NCBI GenBank assembly: GCA_021683455.1
Contig: GCA_021683455.1_3051.3
DNA: 29,205 nucleotides
Direction: 5' to 3' (one strand)
DNA from: a phage
Shown here: positions 1 through 7,182 of the stretch, piece by piece
How positions within the stretch are numbered: the stretch's first letter is position 1
Layout: every line of letters begins with the position of its first letter
Notes under the pieces: model-generated
The model's input: the letters and a program-made list of their open reading frames with translations, nothing else
Databases searched by the model: none
What the model was told of the DNA's origin: nothing
Position numbers and translations under genes: made by a program

Positions 1-1
1 T

Positions 2-427
2 ACGCGTGAAGAAGCTATTAAATGCGAGTTATATTATCAACGATTGCATGATGCAGTTAAAAATCCATTATTCTTTAATATGTCATATGCTGCTCCAGAA
101 GGTTCATTTGGAAGAGATAATAAAGGACAAAATCATCCATTATATGGTTCTCATAATTGTAAAGGAAATATACATTCACATGATCCATTAACAGGAAAAT
201 CTGCCTTTTTGCCTTATATTCCAGAAGGTTATGTAAAAGGAAGGTCAAATAAATTTAAAGCTTCATCACATAATAAAGGTAAAAAATGGTATAATAACGG
301 AGTTAAGCAAATGTTATGTCATGAACCTCCTGGTCCTGAATGGACAAAAGGAAAAATTAAAGAACTGGTTTCAAAAGCAGCTAAATTAGGATGGAAAAGA
401 CACCATGAAAATACTAAACTTGGGTGA
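2..427 (+). CDS. 5'-truncated ORF of unknown function; C-terminal region carries motifs reminiscent of homing-endonuclease linker/DNA-binding modules
   Basis: Frame is open from window start (first in-frame codon at 2); the ORF-track start at 44 is a TTG. Motifs GQNHPLYGSHN and KGKKWYNNG resemble repeated modules of phage GIY-YIG/HNH homing endonucleases (recalled from memory, not searched). Overlaps gene 47 start by 23 nt. Confidence 0.35.
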   Translation, partial: TREEAIKCELYYQRLHDAVKNPLFFNMSYAAPEGSFGRDNKGQNHPLYGSHNCKGNIHSHDPLTGKSAFLPYIPEGYVKGRSNKFKASSHNKGKKWYNNGVKQMLCHEPPGPEWTKGKIKELVSKAAKLGWKRHHENTKLG

Positions 428-1424
428 TTGGCATTTAGGCGTTAAAGCTGATGATGAGTGGATTCGCGGTATTCAAATTGATGGAATTAAGCAAGCGATA
501 GAATATTCTAAGAAAAACGGAATTACTGTATGGATTCAATATGGTGATATTTTTGATGTGCGAAAAGCAATCACACATAAAACTATGGAGTTTGCCCGTG
601 AAATAGTTCAAATGCTTGATGATGCTGGAATCACATTACATACTATTGTAGGAAATCACGATCTCCACTACAAAAATGTAATGCATCCAAATGCTTCTAC
701 TGAGCTTTTGGCTAAATATCCTAATGTTAAAGTGTATGATAAGCCTACTACAGTAGATTTTGACGGATGTTTGATTGATTTAATTCCTTGGATGTGTGAA
801 GAAAATACTGGTGAAATTCTTGAACACATCAAAACTTCATCTGCTTCTTTTTGTGTTGGTCACTGGGAACTGAATGGATTTTATTTTTATAAAGGAATGA
901 AATCTCATGGTCTTGAACCTGATTTCCTTAAGACTTATAAAGAGGTGTGGTCTGGTCACTTCCATACTATCTCTGAGGCTGCTAACGTCAGATATATTGG
1001 GACACCATGGACACTAACTGCAGGTGACGAGAATGACCCTCGTGGGTTCTGGATGTTTGATACAGAAACAGAACGAATGGAATTTATTCCAAACAACACT
1101 ACTTGGCATCGTAGAATTCATTATCCATTTAAAGGAAAAATTGACTATAAAGATTTTACAAATCTATCAGTACGTGTTATAGTAACTGAAGTAGACAAAA
1201 ATCTGACGAAGTTCGAATCTGAACTAGAAAAAGTTGTGCATTCATTACGAGTTGTGTCAAAGATTGATAACTCTGTCGAGTCAGATGATAGTGAAGAAGT
1301 TGAAGTTCAATCTCTTCAGACATTGATGGAAGAATACATTAATGCAATTCCAGACATCACTGATTCTGATCGCGAAGCACTTATTCAATATGCAAATCAG
1401 TTATATGTAGAGGCAACACAATGA
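405..1424 (+). CDS. 47: Recombination/repair nuclease subunit gp47 (Mre11-like phosphoesterase)
   Basis: 339 aa; calcineurin-like phosphoesterase motifs GDWHLG, GDIFD, GNHD, GHWE, GHFH; precedes the Rad50-like gene as in T4. Confidence 0.9.
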   Translation: MKILNLGDWHLGVKADDEWIRGIQIDGIKQAIEYSKKNGITVWIQYGDIFDVRKAITHKTMEFAREIVQMLDDAGITLHTIVGNHDLHYKNVMHPNASTELLAKYPNVKVYDKPTTVDFDGCLIDLIPWMCEENTGEILEHIKTSSASFCVGHWELNGFYFYKGMKSHGLEPDFLKTYKEVWSGHFHTISEAANVRYIGTPWTLTAGDENDPRGFWMFDTETERMEFIPNNTTWHRRIHYPFKGKIDYKDFTNLSVRVIVTEVDKNLTKFESELEKVVHSLRVVSKIDNSVESDDSEEVEVQSLQTLMEEYINAIPDITDSDREALIQYANQLYVEATQ

Positions 1425-1684
1425 CTTTTGATGAATTTAAAAATGTTATGATGAGTCAGCATTTTGAATGCGAAGTAAAAGATGATATTGGGCATAAAGA
1501 AATTATTGAATATTGGTTTGAACCGCTAGAAGTTGAAGATAATTGTATTAAAAAGGTTACGGTATGCACTGATTGGGCCGTATCTTTTAACTTCAACATT
1601 TTAGATAATGATACACCTAAATCATTACAAGATATGGCTGTATCTTGTATTAAGGATGCATACTGTGAAGTTTTCGACATTTGA
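1421..1684 (+). CDS. Small hypothetical protein (position of T4 46.2)
   Basis: 87-aa ORF; ATG overlaps gene 47 stop (ATGA), suggesting translational coupling. Confidence 0.55.
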   Translation: MTFDEFKNVMMSQHFECEVKDDIGHKEIIEYWFEPLEVEDNCIKKVTVCTDWAVSFNFNILDNDTPKSLQDMAVSCIKDAYCEVFDI

Positions 1685-1871
1685 CATTAATGATGAATTC
1701 ATAGCAAATATTGATTATACCGAAGAAGATTCTAGATATGTTGGAATAATTTATATCACATCAAAAGTAGCACAAGGTGTTGTTTGCATGGCTGAATTTG
1801 ATGAATACTTTTTAGATTATGATGATATGATAGAATGGTCTAAAAGATACATTAAAAGGAATCTTTTGTGA
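1656..1871 (+). CDS. Small hypothetical protein (position of T4 46.1); start uncertain
   Basis: ORF open 1608..1871; internal ATG at 1656 or GTG at 1665 (AAGGA 8 nt upstream) are more plausible starts; stop overlaps gene 46 GTG start (GTGA). Confidence 0.4.
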   Translation: MHTVKFSTFDINDEFIANIDYTEEDSRYVGIIYITSKVAQGVVCMAEFDEYFLDYDDMIEWSKRYIKRNLL

Positions 1872-3550
1872 AGAATTTTAAACTAAACCGAGTTAGGTAT
1901 CAAAATATAATGTCAGTAGGTGGAAATCCTATTGACATTCAATTAGATAAGGTTCAAAAAACTCTTATTACTGGACGAAATGGCGGTGGTAAGTCTACTA
2001 TGTTAGAAGCCATCACATTTGGGCTTTTTGGCAAGCCATTTCGTGATGTAAAGAAAGGTCAATTAATAAACAGCACAAATAAGAAAGAACTTTTAGTTGA
2101 ACTGTGGATGGAATATGATGAGAAAAAGTACTATATCAAAAGAGGACAAAAACCAAACGTTTTCGAAATCACCGTTAACGGTACACGTCTTAATGAATCT
2201 GCCAGCAGTAAAGATTTCCAAGCAGAATTTGAACAGCTTATCGGAATGTCATATGCCAGTTTCAAGCAGATTGTTGTCCTTGGTACAGCAGGGTATACCC
2301 CTTTCATGGGTTTGTCGACCCCTGCGCGAAGAAAGCTTGTGGAAGACCTGCTTGAGGTAGGAACATTAGCTGAAATGGATAAGCTTAATAAAGCACTAAT
2401 ACGTGAATTAAATTCACAAAACCAAGTGCTTGATGTTAAAAAAGATAGTATTATCCAACAAATTAAAATATATAATGATAACGTTGAACGCCAGAAAAAA
2501 TTAACGGGTGACAACCTTACTCGTCTGCAGAATATGTACGATGATTTGGCAAAAGAAGCTAGAACGCTAAAATCGGAAATAGAAGAAGCTAATGAAAGAT
2601 TAGTTAATATTGTTTTGGATGAAGACCCGACTGATGCATTTAATAAAATCGGTCAAGAAGCAGTTTTAATTAAATCAAAAATTGACTCGTATAATAAAGT
2701 CATTAATATGTATCACGAAGGTGGATTATGTCCAACCTGCTTGTCACAATTAAGTTCCGGTGATAAAGTTGTTTCTAAAATTAAAGATAAAGTTTCTGAA
2801 TGTACGCATTCGTTTGAACAGCTTTCAACACACCGTGATAATTTAAAAGTTCTTGTTGATGAATACCGAGATAATATTAAAACTCAGCAGTCGTTGGCAA
2901 ATGATATTCGCAATAAAAAGCAATCTCTAATCACGACGGTAGATAAAGCTAAAAAAGTTAAAGCAGCTATAGAAAAAGCATCTTCTGAGTTTATTGACCA
3001 TGCTGATGAAATAGCACTGCTTCAAGAAGAACTTGATAAAATTGTTAAGACAAAAACTAATTTAGTAATGGAAAAATACCACCGAGGAATTTTGACTGAT
3101 ATGCTCAAAGATTCTGGTATTAAAGGTGCTATTATTAAAAAGTACATTCCATTATTTAATAAGCAGATTAACCATTATCTTAAAATAATGGAAGCGGATT
3201 ATGTGTTTACATTAGATGAAGAATTTAATGAGACAATTAAATCACGTGGTCGTGAAGATTTTAGTTATGCTTCATTTAGTGAAGGTGAAAAGGCACGAAT
3301 CGATATTGCTCTTTTATTTACTTGGCGTGATATTGCTTCTATCGTATCTGGTGTTAGTATTAGTACATTAATTCTTGATGAAGTGTTTGATGGGTCATTT
3401 GATGCCGAAGGTATTAAAGGTGTAGCTAATATTATAAATTCAATGAAAAACACTAATGTTTTTATAATTTCGCATAAAGACCATGACCCGCAAGCATACG
3501 GTCAGCATCTTCAAATGAAGAAAGTTGGTCGATTTACTGTAATGGTTTAA
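1868..3550 (+). CDS. 46: Recombination/repair ATPase subunit gp46 (Rad50/SbcC-like)
   Basis: 560 aa; Walker A GRNGGGKST, CPTC zinc-hook-like motif in the central coiled-coil region, signature-like SEGEK, Walker B LILDE, H-loop ISHK; GTG start with AAGGA SD. Confidence 0.9.
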   Translation: MKNFKLNRVRYQNIMSVGGNPIDIQLDKVQKTLITGRNGGGKSTMLEAITFGLFGKPFRDVKKGQLINSTNKKELLVELWMEYDEKKYYIKRGQKPNVFEITVNGTRLNESASSKDFQAEFEQLIGMSYASFKQIVVLGTAGYTPFMGLSTPARRKLVEDLLEVGTLAEMDKLNKALIRELNSQNQVLDVKKDSIIQQIKIYNDNVERQKKLTGDNLTRLQNMYDDLAKEARTLKSEIEEANERLVNIVLDEDPTDAFNKIGQEAVLIKSKIDSYNKVINMYHEGGLCPTCLSQLSSGDKVVSKIKDKVSECTHSFEQLSTHRDNLKVLVDEYRDNIKTQQSLANDIRNKKQSLITTVDKAKKVKAAIEKASSEFIDHADEIALLQEELDKIVKTKTNLVMEKYHRGILTDMLKDSGIKGAIIKKYIPLFNKQINHYLKIMEADYVFTLDEEFNETIKSRGREDFSYASFSEGEKARIDIALLFTWRDIASIVSGVSISTLILDEVFDGSFDAEGIKGVANIINSMKNTNVFIISHKDHDPQAYGQHLQMKKVGRFTVMV

Positions 3551-3564
3551 TTTATAAGAGATTA

Positions 3565-3588
3565 TGCTTTAATTTATTAGAGTATAAT
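3565..3588 (+). promoter_or_regulatory. MotA-dependent middle-type promoter upstream of the 45.2-rpbA-45 genes
   Basis: MotA-box-like TGCTTTA (3565..3571), 11-nt spacer, TATAAT (3583..3588). Confidence 0.45.
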
Positions 3589-3605
3589 CTCTATGGAGGA
3601 AAAAC

Positions 3606-3794
3606 ATGGAATATTCAACTGGACAGCATCTATTAACTATTCCTGAAATAAAACGATATATTCTGAGAAATAATTTTTCTAATGAAGAGCATATAGTTAC
3701 TGAATCTATGCTTAGGAATGCATTTAAAGCAGAATATACAAAAATAATGTCCAATAGAAATGAAGCTTGGACTGTTACTGATTATTATGACTAA
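3606..3794 (+). CDS. Small hypothetical protein (position of T4 45.2)
   Basis: 62-aa ORF with GGAGG SD 6 nt upstream; downstream of a MotA-box promoter. Confidence 0.5.
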   Translation: MEYSTGQHLLTIPEIKRYILRNNFSNEEHIVTESMLRNAFKAEYTKIMSNRNEAWTVTDYYD

Positions 3795-3803
3795 AGGTGT
3801 ATT

Positions 3804-4193
3804 ATGACTAAAATTACTGTGAATTATACTGTTGATGTAAAAGATATTCAGCCAAAACACGTGCGTTCTGACTCAAATCCGCAAAACCAAAATAAAATTC
3901 GTCGCGCATGGGTTTTGTCTCTTTCTGATAACGCAATGGAAGTTATTCAGAACAAAATTAAATCTGCACCTGCTCGTCATGCATATTATGAAGCTATCGA
4001 TCGTGAAGTAAGTAATAAATGGATTGAACTAATGCGCAAACATACGACAGAATCTCTAAATGCTGGTGCTAAATTTATTATGACTTCATGCGGTGAACGC
4101 CTTGAAGATGATTATTGCGGTAATGCAGATGAACGTCTAATTGTTGCTGCTCAAATTGTTGCGGAAACAATTGCTGCTGATTTTAATCGTTAA
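3804..4193 (+). CDS. rpbA: RNA polymerase-binding protein RpbA
   Basis: 129 aa, same length and position (between 46 and 45) as T4 rpbA; sequence recognised from memory. Confidence 0.7.
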   Translation: MTKITVNYTVDVKDIQPKHVRSDSNPQNQNKIRRAWVLSLSDNAMEVIQNKIKSAPARHAYYEAIDREVSNKWIELMRKHTTESLNAGAKFIMTSCGERLEDDYCGNADERLIVAAQIVAETIAADFNR

Positions 4194-4218
4194 TTGCTTT
4201 ATTAAATTAGTTATAAAA
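4194..4218 (+). promoter_or_regulatory. MotA-dependent middle-type promoter upstream of gene 45
   Basis: TTGCTTTA (4194..4201), 11-nt spacer, TATAAA (4213..4218). Confidence 0.45.
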
Positions 4219-4248
4219 TTAAATCTCATTTGAATTGAAGGAAATTAC

Positions 4249-4935
4249 ATGAAACTGTCTAAAGATACTACTGCTCTGCTTAAAAATTTCGCTACTATTA
4301 ACTCTGGTATTATGCTTAAATCCGGTCAATTTATTATGACTCGTGCAGTTAATGGTACAACTTATGCGGAAGCAAATATTTCTGACACTATTGATTTTGA
4401 TGTAGCAATTTACGATTTGAATGGTTTTCTCGGTATTCTGTCTTTAGTTAATGATGATGCAGAAATTTCCCAGTCAGAAGATGGAAATATTAAAATTGCT
4501 GATGCCCGTTCAACAATTTTTTGGCCAGCAGCCGATCCGAGTACAGTAGTTGCTCCTAATAAACCAATTCCATTCCCGGTAGCATCTGTTGTTACTGAAA
4601 TTAAAGCTGAAGACCTTCAACAGCTGTTGCGTGTATCTCGTGGTCTGCAGATTGATACAATTGCTATCACGGTAAAAGAAGGTAAAATCGTAATTAACGG
4701 TTTTAATAAAGTAGAAGATTCTGCTCTGACCCGTGTTAAATATTCTTTGACTCTTGGTGATTATGATGGTGAAAATACATTTAATTTCATTATCAATATG
4801 GCAAATATGAAAATGCAACCAGGAAATTATAAACTTCTGCTCTGGGCAAAAGGTAAACAAGGTGCTGCTAAATTTGAAGGTGAACACGCGAATTATGTAG
4901 TAGCTCTTGAAGCTGATTCTACCCACGATTTTTAA
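4249..4935 (+). CDS. 45: DNA polymerase sliding clamp gp45
   Basis: 228 aa; sequence recognised as T4-type gp45; immediately upstream of the clamp-loader genes. Confidence 0.9.
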   Translation: MKLSKDTTALLKNFATINSGIMLKSGQFIMTRAVNGTTYAEANISDTIDFDVAIYDLNGFLGILSLVNDDAEISQSEDGNIKIADARSTIFWPAADPSTVVAPNKPIPFPVASVVTEIKAEDLQQLLRVSRGLQIDTIAITVKEGKIVINGFNKVEDSALTRVKYSLTLGDYDGENTFNFIINMANMKMQPGNYKLLLWAKGKQGAAKFEGEHANYVVALEADSTHDF

Positions 4936-4938
4936 TAG

Positions 4939-4961
4939 AGGGCTTCGGCCCTTTATAATTT
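4939..4961 (+). terminator. Rho-independent terminator/attenuator hairpin between genes 45 and 44
   Basis: GGGC-UUCG-GCCC stem-loop followed by a TTTATAATTT run. Confidence 0.5.
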
Positions 4962-4986
4962 ACACTAAAACTTGAATGAGGAAATT

Positions 4987-5946
4987 ATGATTACCGTAAA
5001 TGAAAAAGAACACATTCTTGAACAGAAATATCGTCCATCTACTATCGATGAATGTATTCTTCCCGCCTTTGATAAAGAAACCTTTAAATCTATTACAAGT
5101 AAAGGTAAGATTCCACATATTATTCTTCATTCTCCTTCTCCAGGAACAGGTAAAACAACTGTAGCAAAAGCATTGTGTCATGATGTAAATGCTGATATGA
5201 TGTTTGTGAATGGATCAGATTGTAAAATTGATTTCGTTCGCGGTCCTTTGACTAATTTTGCCAGCGCCGCTTCATTTGACGGTCGTCAAAAAGTAATCGT
5301 TATTGATGAATTTGACCGTTCAGGATTAGCAGAGTCTCAGCGACATCTTCGTTCATTTATGGAAGCTTATAGTTCGAACTGTAGTATTATTATTACTGCT
5401 AACAATATTGATGGTATTATTAAACCGCTTCAGTCACGCTGCCGAGTTATTACGTTCGGTCAACCGACCGATGAAGATAAAATTGAAATGATGAAGCAGA
5501 TGATTCGTCGATTGACTGAAATCTGTAAACATGAAGGTATTGCTATAGCTGATATGAAAGTTGTAGCAGCTTTGGTTAAAAAGAATTTTCCTGATTTTCG
5601 TAAAACTATTGGCGAGCTCGATAGTTATTCATCTAAAGGTGTTTTGGATGCTGGTATTTTATCACTGGTTACTAACGATCGTGGTGCTATTGATGATGTT
5701 CTTGAGTCTCTCAAAAATAAAGATGTTAAACAACTCAGAGCTTTAGCACCAAAATATGCAGCCGATTATTCGTGGTTCGTGGGTAAACTTGCCGAAGAAA
5801 TCTATTCACGTGTAACTCCACAGAGTATTATTCGTATGTACGAAATTGTCGGCGAAAATAATCAGTATCATGGTATTGCAGCTAATACTGAATTGCATCT
5901 AGTTTATCTTTTCATTCAGTTAGCATGTGAAATGCAGTGGAAGTGA
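4987..5946 (+). CDS. 44: Clamp loader large subunit gp44 (AAA+ ATPase)
   Basis: 319 aa from ATG 4987 (GAGGAA SD); Walker [11 protein letters not shown], Walker [12 protein letters not shown] motif LQSRCRV. The ORF-track start at 4972 is an upstream in-frame extension. Confidence 0.9.
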   Translation: MITVNEKEHILEQKYRPSTIDECILPAFDKETFKSITSKGKIPHIILHSPSPGTGKTTVAKALCHDVNADMMFVNGSDCKIDFVRGPLTNFASAASFDGRQKVIVIDEFDRSGLAESQRHLRSFMEAYSSNCSIIITANNIDGIIKPLQSRCRVITFGQPTDEDKIEMMKQMIRRLTEICKHEGIAIADMKVVAALVKKNFPDFRKTIGELDSYSSKGVLDAGILSLVTNDRGAIDDVLESLKNKDVKQLRALAPKYAADYSWFVGKLAEEIYSRVTPQSIIRMYEIVGENNQYHGIAANTELHLVYLFIQLACEMQWK

Positions 5947-5947
5947 T

Positions 5948-6511
5948 ATGAGCTTATTTGAAGATGATATTCAATTAAACGAGCATCAAGTTGCTTGGTA
6001 TTCAAAAGATTGGACAGCTGTCCAATCCGCTGCTGATTCTTTTAAAGAAAAAGCTGAAAATGAATTTTTTGAAATAATTGGAGCTATTAATAATAAAACT
6101 AAATGCTCTATTGCTCAAAAAGATTATTCAAAATTCATGGTTGAAAATGCATTATCACAATTTCCAGAGTGCATGCCAGCTGTATATGCTATGAATTTAA
6201 TTGGATCAGGCTTAAGCGATGAAGCTCATTTTAATTATCTAATGGCTGCAGTTCCTCGTGGTAAAAGATATGGTAAATGGGCAAAACTAGTTGAAGATTC
6301 CACCGAAGTATTGATTATTAAGTTACTTGCTAAGCGGTATCAAGTTAACACAAATGATGCAATTAACTATAAATCAATTCTTACTAAAAATGGAAAACTT
6401 CCTTTAGTATTAAAAGAACTAAAAGGTTTAGTCACGGATGATTTTTTGAAAGAAGTGACTAAGAACGTAAAAGAACAGAAACAACTCAAAAAACTAGCAT
6501 TGGAATGGTAA
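5948..6511 (+). CDS. 62: Clamp loader small subunit gp62
   Basis: 187 aa; start overlaps the gene 44 stop; synteny 44-62-regA. Confidence 0.85.
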   Translation: MSLFEDDIQLNEHQVAWYSKDWTAVQSAADSFKEKAENEFFEIIGAINNKTKCSIAQKDYSKFMVENALSQFPECMPAVYAMNLIGSGLSDEAHFNYLMAAVPRGKRYGKWAKLVEDSTEVLIIKLLAKRYQVNTNDAINYKSILTKNGKLPLVLKELKGLVTDDFLKEVTKNVKEQKQLKKLALEW

Positions 6512-6512
6512 A

Positions 6513-6881
6513 ATGATTGAAATTACTCTTAAAAAACCTGAAGATTTTCTGAAAGTAAAAGAAACTTTGACTCGTATGGGAATTGCTAATAATAAAGATA
6601 AAGTTCTGTATCAGTCCTGTCATATTCTTCAGAAAAAAGGACTATACTATATCGTTCATTTTAAAGAAATGCTTCGTATGGATGGCCGTCAAGTTGAAAT
6701 GACAGAAGAAGATGAAGTTCGTCGTGATTCGATTGCATGGCTGTTAGAAGATTGGGGACTGATTGAAATCGTTCCTGGTCAAAGAACTTTTATGAAAGAT
6801 TTAACTAATAACTTCCGAGTTATTTCTTTTAAACAAAAACATGAATGGAAACTCGTTCCTAAATATACGATTGGTAATTAA
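6513..6881 (+). CDS. regA: Translational repressor RegA
   Basis: 122 aa, matching T4 RegA length and position; sequence recognised from memory. Confidence 0.85.
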   Translation: MIEITLKKPEDFLKVKETLTRMGIANNKDKVLYQSCHILQKKGLYYIVHFKEMLRMDGRQVEMTEEDEVRRDSIAWLLEDWGLIEIVPGQRTFMKDLTNNFRVISFKQKHEWKLVPKYTIGN

Positions 6882-6882
6882 T

Positions 6883-7104
6883 ATGACTGCTATAACTCCG
6901 CAAGAATACATGGCGTCTCTTAAAGAAAAATATAATCTTTCTGCAACAGAAACACTTTTTGATTTACCAGAAAACCTCCAATTAAAATTTCAGGTAGAAT
7001 TTCAAAAATTAGTTCACCCAGAACAAAAATATTTTACTGCAGTAGTTAAGTCAATTAATGCAGATGGATTAACAATTTTTCACCGACAAACAGTACTAAT
7101 TTAA
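6883..7104 (+). CDS. Small hypothetical protein between regA and gene 43
   Basis: 73-aa ORF starting 2 nt after the regA stop; followed by a UUCG-loop terminator hairpin. Confidence 0.45.
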   Translation: MTAITPQEYMASLKEKYNLSATETLFDLPENLQLKFQVEFQKLVHPEQKYFTAVVKSINADGLTIFHRQTVLI

Positions 7105-7107
7105 GCA

Positions 7108-7127
7108 AGGGGCTTCGGCCCCTTATT
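7108..7127 (+). terminator. Rho-independent terminator hairpin upstream of gene 43
   Basis: GGGGC-UUCG-GCCCC stem-loop followed by TTATTT. Confidence 0.5.
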
Positions 7128-7145
7128 TGGAGTATAATATATCAA

Positions 7146-7182
7146 GAGCCTAATAACTCGGGCTATAAACTAAGGAATATCT
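7146..7182 (+). promoter_or_regulatory. Gene 43 translational operator (RNA hairpin next to the SD, bound by the polymerase for autogenous repression)
   Basis: GAGCC-UAAUAACUC-GGGCU hairpin followed by AUAAACUAAGGAAUAUCU and the AUG; matches the T4 gene 43 operator architecture as I recall it. Confidence 0.6.

Noticed and set aside
44-427. ORF-track start at 44 for the first ORF; likewise 4972 for gene 44, 10052, 20863 and 27590
   Set aside because: These are upstream in-frame extensions or TTG/GTG codons sitting inside promoters or previous genes; downstream ATGs with proper SD spacing give products matching expected lengths (for example gp44 at 319 aa).
2131-2514. 127-aa minus-strand ORF inside gene 46
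   Set aside because: Lies entirely antisense to a well-supported Rad50-like gene, has no ribosome-binding site, and its translation is low-complexity; most likely a chance ORF in AT-rich sequence.
4510-4926. 138-aa minus-strand ORF inside gene 45
   Set aside because: Antisense to the sliding clamp gene, no SD, Phe/Ile-rich translation typical of the antisense strand of AT-rich coding DNA.
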